Shown: positions 1-13,593, counted from the first letter of the stretch. The stretch is DNA of 64,000 bases from Schmidtea polychroa (GCA_044892525.1 CM097885.1:4776001-4840000); one strand, 5' to 3'. Translations and numbers: made by a program. Notes: generated by a model from the sequence alone, not told the origin.

Positions 1-931
1 TAATTTACTTATTACATTACTTTAATTTACTTATTTAAAAATTATTACTTTAATTTACTTATTTAAAAATTATTACTTTAATTTACTTATTTAAAAATTA
101 TTACTTTAATTTACTTATTTAACTTTAATTTAAATTTTTTTTACCATTGATTATTTAATTTTTTAGAACCTTAATTTAGTTATTTGTGCCCATTCATTAC
201 TTTAATTTAATTTTTTAGGACCATTATTTACTTTAATTGAAAAATTTGGACCATAATTTACTTTAATTTAATTTTTTAGAACCATTATTTACTTAATTTA
301 AAAATTTGAACCTTAATTTACTTAGTTGAGCCCTTAATTAACTTTAATTTTAAATTTTGAACAATTATTTACTTTAATTTAATATTTTAGAAATTAAATT
401 TACTTTAATTTAAAAATTTGGACCATAATTTACTTTAATTGAAAAATCTTAGCCCATAATTTACTTATTTAGACCATAATTTACTTTATTTCAAAAAAAA
501 ATCTGAACCTTGATTTACTTAAATTTTTTAGACCCATCATTTACTTTATTTTTAAATTTTAGACCCATAATTTGCTTTATTTTAAAAATTTACTATGCGT
601 TTTTAATGTAAACCACCTTTTCTATTGAAATTCTCATGACCATCGAGACCCCTTCACTATTGTGTGAAAAATCCATGCTTTTTTATTGAAGACTACCTTT
701 TTCTATTGAAATTCTCAGGACCAAGGAGACCCACCCAAATAATATTTATCCTTGGCTTGTTTATTGAAAAAAAAAAATATGTATTTAAAATCCCAGAAAA
801 CATTGGGCATTATGGCAACAATTATGTAATCAAAAAATGTCTAGGAAAAAGTTATGCAATCAAAATTTTGCAACATTTTTTACCCCCCCCCCCCCCCCCC
901 TATTGTTCCCGTAAGCTACTAACTACCTACT
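1..931 (+). mobile_element. Right arm and terminus of another copy of the pPolB-palindrome family; the element extends left of the window
   Basis: Closely matches ~58907-59897, with the same AT-rich subterminal repeats, GAGACCC motifs and poly-C. Ends GCTACTAACTACCTACT at 931 and abuts a LINE fragment. Confidence 0.85.
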
Positions 932-2460
932 AGAGTAGGTTCATTTTTCACCACTTCAAAACAAATTGTAATGTTGTGAATTTTTTCAAAGAACTGAATG
1001 GCAGTACGTGGTCGATAAAATTGAGTTTTCTTTCCTGAATGACGTTTGACGATGTTGGCTCCGTTAAGCCAATTGAAGCTTTTTTGTATTGATGGTTGGT
1101 TATTTCCAAGCCTAGGTCCAGTGACAAACTTTAATGAGTCGACATTAATCCTTCTAATATATTCACTATTTGATGTAAATAGTCTGAAAAAATGACTTAC
1201 CGTCTGTATGTGGTATTCATCAAGGAGATCAGTACAAGATGCACCACCATTTTCAATGGAGTTATAAAAATAGCTAATTTCAGATTGATCGGGCAAATTC
1301 ATCATCTTTCTCAAGTGACAGCGAAGTTGTGTAGTGCAATTACCGAGGTTTGCTGAAAGAGCTTTAATCTTAATTTCTCTAGTTCGAAAAGGGAACACTA
1401 AACGAGAGTGAAGGAAGACTTTGTATGCTTTCAATTTTTGCCATCCAAATAAATCAGAATCTGCTAGTTTCTTTGTATCACTAACTACTTTATTTAATAT
1501 TTCATAAAGACTTTGGTCAAGTTCTTCTCCGATTGGTAAATTTCTTTTGTTAATAATTTATTTATTTTAATATTGTCAATTGACACTTCACTAACAGTGT
1601 CAATATTTGGCAACTGGATGAAAGCACATTTTTCAGGTTGGTATTCAAACTCAATTTCACAAGCTGTATCGAAAGCAACTTTTATGATATTTTGCTAATC
1701 ATGAGTATTATTAGCGATAAGAGCGACATCATCAGCATATGCGAGAACTTGGATCGAAGAATCGCCAATTTTGAAAGGTTCAACTAACAGCTAGGAGAAC
1801 AGGATTAATTGAAATTGCGAACAAAATCATGGAAAGAGGACATCCTTGTTTGACTCCTTGCTTTATTGAAATATTCGGAGTTACTATCGGACCACAAGTG
1901 TAGAAGGAGCTGGTATCAGTGTATAATAGTTTTAAAGTGTTCGTGAATTTTTCACAAACCCCAATATGTCGCAAAATCTTCCACAAGTAATCATGGGGTA
2001 CACTACCAAAAACATCTTTGATGTCAAGAAACCCAATAGCAATTGGTCTATTTTTAATATATTTTGAGTGTTCCAGACAACCATCGTGTACAGAACCACC
2101 TTTTTGTCTGATATGAAGTAGATTGTTTTGTTTTACCCATGTTGTAAGGTGTCTGGCTAAAATCGTCGCAAATATCTTATAGACCACCGATAACAAAGCA
2201 ATAGGGCGCCAATAAGAAATCAAAGTATATTTATCTCCCTTGTTAGGTTTAGGAATCATCAGAGTCTTAAGAGATTTCCAAACATCCGGCACAGTATTTT
2301 CTGTTATGAGTTTGTTATAAAGAAGAGTCAACAATTTACCCTCTGGATCAAGAATTGCAATATCCATATATTGAATTCCATCAAGTCCAGGAGATGTATT
2401 ATCAGCTATTTTTAATTCAAAAACAACCTCCTTATCTACTATCGGTCGGAGTAGAAGAAT
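932..2460 (-). pseudogene. Non-LTR retrotransposon reverse transcriptase fragment (R2/NeSL/Utopia-like), disrupted
   Basis: SPGLDGI, WRPIALLSVVYKIFA, QKG, GCLEH, FLDIKDVFGSVPH, GVKQGCPLS and YADD motifs across the ORFs 1780-2367 and 919-1434 and adjacent sequence, with stops and frameshifts. Confidence 0.85.
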
Positions 2461-2637
2461 TATTTTAGATTTTAATCCAAATTTTTAGACATTATCATAG
2501 TTGATATAGTTGTAAGTATTTGGTTGTAAGTATCTGGTTGACCTTTTAAATTTTGACTTAAACATATTTGATTTTAATAATTTAGGAATTGTGGGGTTTT
2601 GGCCTTTGGTAATTTAGGGATAAATAGGTAAATTATA

Positions 2638-3152
2638 AGTAGGTAGTTAGTAGCCCGCTGGAACAATTACCACCCCCGGTGGGGGGGGGGGTAAATTGTT
2701 CCAACTTTTTATAACGCAATTGTTCCAACTCACATTTTTTGCTTTCAGGGATTTTTAGTCCAAATTTTTTTTTATCACACTAGAATGAGGGGGTCGACGG
2801 TCCTGGGATTTTCAATACAAAAAGGCGGTCTTCAATAAAAAGGATGGAATTTTCACACTATAGTGAGGGGGTCTCCTTGTCCTGAGAATTTCAATAGAAA
2901 AGGCGGTCTACACTAAAAAAGCCAAGGATTATTCAGACTATAGTGAGGGGGTCTCGATTGATCTAGGGATTTTCAATACAAAAAATTTTTTTCAATACAA
3001 AAATCTGACTATCAATAAAAAGCCAAGGATTATTCACACTATAGTGAAGGGGTCTCGATGGTCCTGGGATTTTCAATACAAAAAAAAATCTTTTGAATAC
3101 AAAAAGGCGATCTTCAATAAAAAGCATGGAATTTTCATACTATATTGAGGGG
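2638..3152 (+). mobile_element. Truncated left terminus of a related palindrome-family element
   Basis: Starts AGTAGGTAGTTAGTAGC, the exact reverse complement of 915-931. Followed by poly-G and tandem 'ctatagtgagggggtctc...gggattttcaata' units like those at 46493-46830. Confidence 0.75.
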
Positions 3153-3628
3153 TGTAATGTACAGCTATTTTTTGTTAATATTTTAGTGTTCACAATTAGG
3201 AATTGTGAATACTAAAATATAAAATGCCACTATCTGGGAAATCCAGATTTTTTAAAAAACTATATAGCGATAATTTACTATAGTAAATTTTCGCTATAGT
3301 AAAATTAAAAATAAAAAAAATCGATATGGAAATTGGGATTAGAAATAAAAAATGAAATGTTTGGATGACAATTCTGTTTAATTTATGAACGTTCACGAAA
3401 TTTTTGAAGGTTTTTATTTTTTATTATAATAAAGTTATAAGAATTAGACATTTTTTAATATTTGTTGTGTAAAATTTATAATCATATTTTATTTGTAGTT
3501 ACAATATCTTCAAACATAACACGCACCCCGATTGTACCGCCACAAGTTTTAACGGTGACTCTTTCGGGCTCATCAAATTTCTCATAACACGCATAAGACA
3601 ACGTTAACTTAACAATTGGTGTCAGAAG
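3153..3628 (+). mobile_element. Probable LTR with primer-binding site; internal coding region not seen
   Basis: TG at 3153 to AACA at 3614, then TGGTGTCAGAAG (3617-3628), a PBS-like sequence complementary to a tRNA-Leu 3' end. No second LTR found. Confidence 0.5.
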
Positions 3629-3899
3629 AAAAAATATATACAACACACACGCATTCGACGTTTTCTTTAAATCATGAAACCTTTTTTTTTTAAGCCGGAG
3701 AAAGAAAACCCGATGAAAACCAGTTGCGCCACAGAAAATTCAAAGAGAAATTTTTTATTCAGACAATTGTTTTTCTCCAAAATGATATTCATAACAGAAA
3801 AGTTGTCTCTATGGAAAATTATCTATTTGAATGGCGGGTTCCAAGTTGAACCGTTTATTCTAACGAAAAGAAAAACTTGTTGTATTAATAAATTTTTAA

Positions 3900-3949
3900 A
3901 GTAGTAGTAGCTGTCGCTGTCGTTGTCGAAGTCGTAGTCGTGGTCGTGA

Positions 3950-3980
<31 letters not shown>

Positions 3981-4567
3981 TGTATTGTATTTTAGCATTG
4001 GTCGTACTCAGTTGTATTAATACTCAATCTTCACAGAGAGTATTATAATAGTGGATTCTCACATAGAGTAGTCAATATCCTTATATAGAGTAGTCGAGGT
4101 GTGTGTCTGTTGTACTACAGAGTAAGCATTAGTACTGGACTCTCACATAATAGTAATCGATGTCTGTGTTGTTGTATGAATAGTACTGAATCCTCACATA
4201 GAGTAGTCAATAGTACTAGAGTCCTAGATGTGTGTGTGTTGTTACAGTTAGCAACCAGTAACCACTAAGTATGACGACACAGTTACCATGGTCAGTATAT
4301 TGAGTCATTAATACGTGGGCAGTTTGCAACAGGTTTGTATATGATGTAACGAGCACACAATTGTTCAGTTAATAGCAATATGTGTATTACGTAATGGTCA
4401 CGCAAGTGGTCAGTTAGCAACAGTGTATGTATTACGTAAAGGTCACGCGTGAGACCAGATAGCAACTACATTTATATTACGTAACCACCATGCGAATGGC
4501 CAACTAGCATCAGTGTGTGTATTAAGTAATCGGTAATACCCCCGTAATACCCCGTAATACCCCCCCA
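3900..4567. repeat. Simple and short tandem repeats: (GTCGTG)n, GTATTACGTAA-containing ~58-bp units, TAATACCCC
   Basis: Directly visible repeats. Confidence 0.6.
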
Positions 4568-5412
4568 CTTTTGTATCTACTAAGGTCGTATGGTCGTATT
4601 TTTTATTGTCAATAATGAAAGACTAAGTTATTAGGATGTTATCCATAAGAAAATTTCATCATAATCTTAAATTTAATTTATTAAATTTTATATGAAGCCT
4701 GCCCGTATATATACGGGATAAACCGCTAAGAAGTTAATGTGAAACTAAAACAAAACTAAAAACAAAAAAATCAACCTTAAAAACATGTTTTTGAAATTCT
4801 CTATATATATTTCACTCTCTTAATTTCACTCAAAACTAAAATTTCGATATGCGTTCTCAATACTATGAAATATTTATTATTAAGTAAAATCACTTTTTTT
4901 TGCGTGACCAAACGCAACCTTAAGTAATGTGATAATGATAATCATATCAATTATCTTTATTGATATTAATATTTTTTAAATTAACCCCCTTTCCGTAATC
5001 GGAGTAATTTTTTCTTTTTATTTTTATAAAGAATTCGAGATATTCAAATACATTTGTATGAAGATTTTTTTATTTACTTTTATTCTTTATAATATGGCCT
5101 ATAAAGCGAAAAAAAATTTTGTTAAAAGATTTCATTTTGGGGAAACTTATTGGTTTGAATCTCGCTTAATAGTCATAGTGAAAGGGGCCGAATTTGGTCC
5201 ATGGTTTGCACGAAGCAGAAATTTATTAAGGGGCCTTCATAATGACGTTAAAAAATTTTAAATCAAAAATATATTAAAAATTTAAAATATTACATAAATC
5301 GTTAGGAGTTTCAGCTGATACTATAAATTATTTTTTCTACTTTTTGTGGTGAAGAAAAATCCAATTTCTGTATGTATATAAGAATAATGAAACGCTATCA
5401 TTTTCCTTGGGA

Positions 5413-5875
5413 CAGTGGCGTACCGTGAGGTTCTTGCGCCTGGGGGCAACTGAGAAATTAGCACCCTCTTATATATATATTTAATTTAATTTTTTTAAAG
5501 AATATTAATGACGAATAACGAAACAGGTTTAACAGATTTTAATAAGCGTATAAATAATATTTATTGACTTAGACAAAATACAGTTTAACATAAAATATTA
5601 ATTCTTCTAGCTTTTGTCGTGGCAAAAATATCTATAATCTCATTAAACCCAATTTTTTCAAACATTTCTCTTTCTATGCTCAGAAGAGCTATATCGTTCA
5701 GCCGTGTTTGAGTCATAGCTGCTCTTAAATACGATAAAATTAATTTTAATTTACTGAAAGATCTTTCGCAACTGGCAATTGATACAGAAATTGTAAGAAG
5801 TATTGGTAGGGCAATTCTCAAATTGGGAAATACATCATCTCCGTAGGAAATTATAAACGAAATAAGTTCCAAGAA
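5413..5875 (-). pseudogene. hAT transposon 3' end with C-terminal dimerisation domain
   Basis: FPNLRIALPILLTISVSIASCERSFSKLKLILSYLRAAMTQTRLNDIALLSIE motif; hAT-type end CAGTGGCGTA at 5413. Confidence 0.85.
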
Positions 5876-5999
5876 ACTAATGAAGTAATAAAAAATTTAT
5901 TAATCTCTTAGATTTTAAGAATAATTTATTACTTAAATTGGCTTCCCTAATTTTGCGCAGCTTGGTATCTGATTTTTGAATTATTATTACTATTATTAT

Positions 6000-6960
6000 T
6001 AGCAAAATTTGCATTTAAATTTGTCTTTCCTAATTATTTCATAAAAATTTCCATTTAAAAATTCATTTCTCAAAAGTTGGTGATTAATCAAACCTTTTGT
6101 TAATAAATTTAAAAAACTTACTTTAATTTATTAATTACACTAATTTATTTTAATTTTAAAATATTACTTTAATTTAAAATATTTAACTTTAATTTATTTA
6201 TTTAAAATTCTAGACCACTGATTACTTAATTTTAAAAATAAGTCCTAAATCTACTTAATTTAGCCTTTGTTTACCAAATATAGCCATTGATTTGCTTTAA
6301 TTAAAACTTTTGAGCCTATAATTTACTTAATTTATCTATTTATCCTTGTATTACTTAATTTAACATTTTACATCATAATTTATTTAACAACCAAATATAA
6401 CCCTTTTTTACATATTTAACCAATAATTTCGTGTGGTCGTTGATAAATACACAAAGATTTGCATCTCAAATTAACATTGAAAAATATTTCATAAAAATTT
6501 CAATCTAAAATTGACATTAAAAAAATTATTTCATAAAAGATTTTATTTCTGAAAACCTAGTGATTATTCAAACCTTTTGATTATAAATTTAAAATTATTA
6601 CTTTAATTTTCTTATTATGTTAATTACTTTAATTTTAAAATACTAGTTTAATTTAAAATGTTTAACTTTAGTTTACTTATTTAAATTCTAGGATCTAGAC
6701 CATTGATTACTTAATTTTAAAATTTAATGTTAATTTACCTATTTATCTTAATTAACTTACCCAAAATTTACTTTAATTCAATTTTAGAACCTTACTTTAC
6801 TTATTTGAGCTCTTAATTTACTTTAATTAACTTATTTAAGCTCATTAAATACTTTAATTCAATTTTTAGACCCTTTATTTACTTTAATGTAAAATTTTAA
6901 ACTATAATTTACCTATTTATGCTTAAATTACCAAAGGCCAAAACCCCACAATTCCTAAAT
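6000..6960 (+). repeat. Diverged copy (two tandem units) of the AT-rich subterminal arm of the pPolB-palindrome family
   Basis: Shares 'ttgttaataaatttaaaaa.cttactttaattta' and 'accattgattacttaatttt' motifs with ~58880-59020. Confidence 0.55.
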
Positions 6961-7543
6961 ACATTAATAATCCATTTAGCGTTACCCAGTAAATTTTTAT
7001 TCAAATCTTTTCCTTAAAAAATTGAAAGAAAATTTTTTGTTATTTTGTTAAAAAGTATTTGAAATTACAATATTGATTTTTGTTGAATTTCTAATTTTGC
7101 TCTGATGATTTTGAATTCCTTTCTAATCTTTTTAAATAAATTCTAATTTCAGACAAAATTTCTTTAAATTAATATTTTTTAATTTTAATATTTTATGAAA
7201 AATATTATTTTTATATTTGGATTTATTATTTATTTAGATTATTCGTTTAAAAATGGTATTTAAATTTCCATCAAAATTTTACTTTTTGTTATCAAATTTT
7301 AATTTAAATAATTTTGTAAGATTTAAAATAAATGAGAAAAACACTGAAAATTAACATTAATAAAATATCGAATTTCGCTCAAATCTAAAATACAATATTT
7401 ATAAATTGTTTGTTTATCTACATAAAAATACAAATTATTAATATTGAAATTGTAAAGGTCAGAGGAAATAATTAATATAATAAGTATGATTTGTGATTTA
7501 TGTTGTAAAATGTTGAAATATAATTTTGTTAATTTTAGATAAA

Positions 7544-8932
7544 ATGTTTACAAGTATATGGGAAATGATGAAGAGAAATAAATTTGAATTTGATAATGAA
7601 ATCAGCGGTGAATTGATATGCAGAATTTGCAAAAGTGTAATGATAAAAGCTTGCCAAGCTCCTTGCGGTTGTCGCTTTTGCTCTGATTGCATTGAGCATT
7701 ATTTGGATGGAAATGATACATTTTGTCCAGGAGCAGCAAGATATTGTCAAGTTCAAATCCTTAAGTTCAATGAAAATGTTTTCCAAGATCAGGCGATTAA
7801 CTTAAGAATATCTGAAATCATTGTAAAATGCCCAATGCAAAATTGTGAATTCAAAACTGAGTTGTGCATAATGGAGACCCATATGAGAATATGCAACAAG
7901 CAGCCAATCAGATGCCCATTCAATAGAATTGGATGCGAAATGAATGAAGTAGAGGAGGAGAACATGAAAGTCCATCTCAATGATAACAATGAATGTCATA
8001 GCAAATTATTGATTGATCAGATCAGTAATTTATACAATGAGATGCAGGCCATGAGAGAGGAGAATGCCAAATTGCGTAACGAAAATATCAATATCAATGT
8101 AAAATTTTATTTGTAATTAATTTTATTGATATTTGTGATTGGAGGTGAATTTGTGCAATATTGAAAGGAAAGAGGCGGAAAGCAGAGGAGAAATGGTGGC
8201 AGTGAAGAATGAGAATCGCTCATTGAGAATGTCGATGGAGACAAATATTGGATCAATCAATCAAGTTTGATTATTGATTTGATTTGTTATTGATTTATTA
8301 TTGATGCAAAGCAGATCAGACAGCAAATTGAGGCTATTGAATCAAAATGTCAACAGCAAATTAATGAGATGAAAGAGAAATGCGAGCAGCAGCTGAAACG
8401 GGAGAATGAAAAGGTGATTTATTGATTTATTGAAATGTTTGAATTTGAGATTCAGTTTCAGCTTGAAATGATGAAATCCACCAATGAAATTCGGCCGATT
8501 AAAAGAAAATTAGCAAATAGAACATATTCAAAAACATGGAAAATTGATAAATTTTCACTTCTAGGCAGAGGAAAACGGATATATAGTAAGGCATTTGATG
8601 CCGGACCATTCAGTTACAAGTTGTGGCTGTGGATTTGGAATCATGGTGAATTAAGGGCTGGTTTCTGGTTGAGGCCTGGAGAAAATGATGAGAATTTGGA
8701 TTGGCCGTTCAAACAATCGGTGACAATCGATGTTATCGATCCAGCAAATAACAATATTTTTAAGAGTCAGTCAAAAAAATATTCACACTGCCCTGATCAT
8801 GCTGGATGGGGGAAACCGTCAATTGACAACAATAAGTTAATTGACATTTATTATGATATTGATAAATCAACCTATAAATTCGCAGCCGAAAATGATAAAT
8901 TGCTGCTCAGGTGCAGAATTAATAAATGTTGA
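7544..8932 (+). CDS. TRAF-family protein (RING, TRAF zinc finger, coiled coil, MATH), 4 exons: 7544-8098, 8145-8264, 8315-8413, 8456/8462-8932
   Basis: CRIC..PCGCRFCSDC RING, CPMQNC/CPFNRIGC zinc fingers, and a MATH domain (WKIDKFS..GENDENLDWPF..GWG). Three short GT-AG introns, all phase 0, give an open reading frame. Confidence 0.9.
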
Positions 8933-9894
8933 CAAATTTAAAAAAACATTTCAATAAAAAATTGATTTATTTTTGCTTTTGATCTGTTATATTATTTGCC
9001 TTGGGTTGGTGGATCAATTTGTCTGGATCAGTTTATTGATGAATTTGTCCAATTATAAACTGATTGCAACATTATTGATGCTGTGGATCACTTGTAACAG
9101 CATTTAATGTTGATTTGATCAAATTGGATCATTCAATGAGCATTGTAGAGATCCATTTTCCATCACTTTTTATTGTTGCTCATGATTTTTAATTAAACTA
9201 TTTTGAAGATTTTACTTTTCATTTTATATTCAAAATATTTATTTTCTATTTGGAAACATTTTTAATTTTTATTTTCTTTTCAATTAGTAATCCGCTCTCG
9301 TCATGAGCTTCGCCATCATATCATTTTCATCTGACCCGGTTTTGAAATTTTAATTCGATGATTTGTTGAACCCATAATTTTGAACTTTCCAATATTAACT
9401 TTTTAATTACATGGAAATTATAATTATTTTTGCATTTCAAATTTCAATTGCCATTTTATATCTCTCAACTAATTTCTCTCAAATATTAATAATATCGGAA
9501 TTTCCGCCAGAAATATATGAGAAAATCACTGTAAATTAGCATTATATTGATATGAAATTGAATTACTACTAATATTGCACTAATATGATACCCCCTTAAC
9601 ACTCAATAATTAGTCAGAAGTTAACATATTTTCATTAATTATTTCCTTTTATTTTATTCATTTTATTTAATTAATTAATTATTATAATTTTATTTCTTTA
9701 TTTTGGTATTTAATTTAGTTAATTTTAGTTTAAATTTAAATTATTAATTCTTATCTGTAATTCTTATTATTCTTGTTACTAATTTACACAAACTGGGACA
9801 AAAATGTTCAAAATATAAAAATATAATAATCAAACTTATACATTTAATTCTAAAAACAAAATCAATAAAAACAAATTTTTTAACAAACATTTAT

Positions 9895-10693
9895 TTGAAT
9901 AACATCAGGTATATCTTCAGCTAATTCTTTGAATTGCAAAAATGATGGATCCGGATCGAATTATTGAACAACAAATGAGGTACAACCCATATAATGTCCA
10001 AATGTATAACTTTTATTTTTCACCGCCAAAACCCTTTTATCATCGGCGTGAGTATGTGCAGTTTTTTCATTTTTTATGGTAAATAGCTGGTGATTTTTGC
10101 TAGTTATTCATTTTTGCGGTACAGAAAATATTTGATTAGTATTATAACAATCCACGTACGACTGATGTTTTATGTCAATACCTTTCAATGTTACTCCTTT
10201 AGGTTTTTTAATCTCGTCATCACCTCAAAAATTAAAAAAGAAAAACACACTCCTTATATTTAAGTACTTTATTCTCGTATTTGAACTTTCCAATGACAGA
10301 ATCAAGGTTCCTACTATATAATGGATGACTAGCATCGTAATTAGATGTGTCTCGTAAATTATCTAGAATCATGGTTGGTAAAAGAACATCAATCTTACAG
10401 TTTTTTTACTTCAAGGAAAAATGAATCTGTATCATCTACAACGAAAATGATTTTACAGTTGAATTTGTTACGATATTTTTATAACTCGTTATACTGCAGC
10501 TGAATCATTCTAAGTTTCGATAGATAAGTACTGTTTGGCCAATCTAGCTGGGTCTATCTAGAGAAATAGCTTCCTTATTTAGCAAGACTGATACTAAATC
10601 AGTGTCAACTCTGTAAGTCCTTTTAAACGTTGGTTTAGATGTATATGTAATTAGCCTAGAACCTGAATTACATAGCCGCAACCTTACCCTCTC
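9895..10693 (-). pseudogene. Degraded C-terminal pPolB fragment related to the palindrome-family polymerase
   Basis: Reverse strand reads RLRLCNSGSRLITYTSKPTFKR and KGVTLKGIDIKHQSY, aligning with RLCTTAGKLVKYSSKPTFKK and KGVTLKGSDIKHQSY of the 47969-51553 ORF; frameshifted. Confidence 0.8.
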
Positions 10694-10804
10694 CCTACCC
10701 ATGGAAAAGAAAATTTTGTTTTAGTAATTTCTTTTGCCACGATTATGTAATTTAAAATTTCTTACATAATTTTCGTATGGGAGTGTTCCATTGGAGTGTT
10801 CCAC

Positions 10805-10868
<64 letters not shown>

Positions 10869-10875
10869 TTAATAA

Positions 10876-10938
<63 letters not shown>

Positions 10939-11659
10939 TAATGATAATAATGATACATTACCGACAAATTTAAAACATTATTTTGTAAATTAAATATAAT
11001 TGGGTTAGGGGTCTTCTTTATCCCTTAATTAAAACGTATTTACAAGCTGGTTGTCGTGGTGGGCGGTTGTAATCCAACTAGTGGAAGGCCTCTTGTTGTT
11101 AGTGAATACATTAATTAATTTGGCTATAATGCCAATGACGCATTGTCATGCTCGCACATTTTTATGTATTTTTAATACGTTTTGAATGTGCTGGTAGTTG
11201 ACTACCCTGGCATACTAGGCGTATTGTTCCGTACGGAGAACTATGATGTCCAGGGTTCTTCTGAGCCCACTTTGTAGAAAGAACAGACGACCCTTGTGGC
11301 CGTGAACAAATATCCACCATGTCTTTCAGGCACAGATATTTGTTCACTGCTCAGTAGGCTGGCAATACTAAATGCATAAACTTCGTCTTGTCCTATCTTG
11401 TCTTGATTTTTTATCGTTTAAATAATTATTATTTAAATAATTAATAATTATAAAAATAGTATGAGGGTTTCAAATTATACATGTGATAATTAAATTTTTA
11501 TTTTAAAATTATTTACTAACCACAAAACGCATATTTTTAGTGCAATATATATATATATATATATGCGTTAAACTCAAAAAACATTTTTATTTACTCAAAA
11601 TTGACATATAATTCCCTAAAGATTTTACCCTTAATTGCTTATGAATTTCTATAGGTTAG

Positions 11660-12377
11660 AGTAGTGTGTATATATACCCAACCAACACAACCCTCCCAAC
11701 AAAAACATACCTCCATTACGCTTAACCCATTAGAAAACAACCCAAAACTTATACTTTTATAGTATTTTAACCCCATATTTTAAACAACAACCACCCTTAA
11801 TCTTTCAAGCCTCAAACTCAAAAGCTTCAAACTAAAAAGAGAATAGAAAAGAAAATGGCATTATGAAAAAGTTAGAGGGCTATTTGGGTTAGGGCTATAT
11901 ACACACTACTTTTGATCGCAATCAAACTTCGGAGTTGATCTTTATCAGATTATTGATTTTAAATTATATAAATTAAAAAATAAATGAAAAATAGTAAAAC
12001 TGCTCTGAGGGGACAGTGGCATTTTTTTTTTCACTGTCCCCTCAACAGTTTTTTTTGATCCGGATCATTTCAACCCCTTTCGTTTATCAAATCTCTTCTA
12101 ATATACAAGCTGGCCAGACTCATACATCAGAATCAATCCGATAATAGCAGCACACCTTATTATTCGCTTCTCGCTCGAATACGATTTCATCGGCGTTTTA
12201 AGCGTGCTGCTCGAAAGTACAAATGAATTCGAAAGTGAATCCGAAAGAGGTCCGAAAACAACTGAGAAATAAATGTGCACATTAAAGAATCGATCCGGGG
12301 TGTTCGAAAGACAGGTGGCGATAATTGCCGGTTCGCCACCATCACCCGTTTCAATAATTTTTTTTTCATATTTATGT
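11660..12377 (+). repeat. Left terminal inverted repeat of the Polinton (~718 bp)
   Basis: Reverse complement of 31637-32352 with few mismatches. Confidence 0.95.
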
Positions 12378-13582
12378 ATCCAGGTGAAAGACATTTATTT
12401 AAACACAACTATACCGGACCAGGAACAAGATTAGATATTAGATTAGATGAAAATAATAATCCCAAACAAGGAGAAGAACCAATAAATAGAATCGACCAAG
12501 CAGCTTTAAAACATGATATTGCTTACAATTCAGAAGATCTTAGAGATAGACATGTTGCAGATGTTAATTTAATACATGATTAAAATAGTATCCAAAATCC
12601 ATCAACCCAAGAAAAGATTCAAAGAGCTCTAGTTAAATTAGCAATGAAAGGTAAGATCGCCATAGGCTTAGGACTTCCTAGAATAGCAAAAGATGTTGCT
12701 AATAAAAAGATTATTGAACAAGCAGATGCTGAAAGATCCCTCGAGAATATATCCAAGACTAGTTTATTAACCCCAACAGAATCACAAATAAAATATGCCA
12801 ACGAATTACACCATGAATTTAGAAAAAATAAAAAATATTTAAAAGTTCAAGTACATGAAAAAGATCAAACATGGTCTGCAGATTTAGTCTTTATGCCAAC
12901 CAAATCATCAGTTCCTGAAAAATATAAAATAATTTTAACTGTAATAGATTTATATACAAGATTTGCCTTTGCAAGGTGTTTAGAAAATAAAACAGGATAT
13001 TCCATTACAGAAGCATTTGAAAATATATTTGAAGAACATCAAAGAATTTCAAAATATTTATGGTGTGATAAAGGAACAGAATTTTATAACAAAGTTTTTA
13101 CAAAGTTTTTAAATGAAAATGATATTAAATTATATTCAACAGAAAACGAAGGAAAAGCAGTTGTGGTTGAAAGATTAAATAGAACATTAAAAAATAAAAT
13201 GTGGAAATATTTTACTGCTATTGGAAAACAAAAATGGAACAATGAGTTATTACAAAAGATTGTAAATGAATATAATAATGATGTACATAGTTCTATAAAA
13301 TCAACCCCTTTAAATGCTTCCATGAATCCTGAAACCATTAAAGTGGTAAATATTGAAAATGATGTTATTGAAAAACCAAAGTTTAAAATTGGTGAACGAG
13401 TAAGAATATTTAAATATAAAAATAAATTTGAAAAAGGATTCACAGCAAAATGGACAAATGAAATTTTTATTATAAATAAAATAAATTATATAACTCCAAT
13501 AACATATTGCATCATTGATTTAAATAATGAAAAAATATTAGGTAGATTTTATAATAATGAGTTACAGAAAACAGATTTTTAA
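12374..13582 (+). pseudogene. Parvovirus-type PLA2 domain in frame with a retroviral-like (rve) integrase; one in-frame stop at 12581-12583
   Basis: HNYTGPGT...IDQAALKHDIAY (PLA2 Ca-loop and HD motif). Integrase DDE: WSADL, WCDKGTEF, VERLNRTLK. The two track ORFs are in the same frame. Confidence 0.88.
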
Positions 13583-13593
13583 GTCGACAAGCC

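Noticed and set aside
5296..5412. ~115-bp sequence repeated at ~33378-33494
   Set aside because: Ordinary dispersed repeat fragment; no termini or TSD could be defined.
10791..10993. Poly-Ile and poly-Asn ORFs (similar ones at 21593-21944, 47640-47831 and 58597-58782)
   Set aside because: Translations of (AAT/ATT)n microsatellites.
11040..11400. GC-richer patch with a 61-aa reverse ORF
   Set aside because: Probably a retroelement remnant, but no diagnostic motif is visible.
12098..12408. ORFs inside the Polinton TIR (mirrored at 31560-31916)
   Set aside because: No recognisable domain; the duplication is explained by the TIR.
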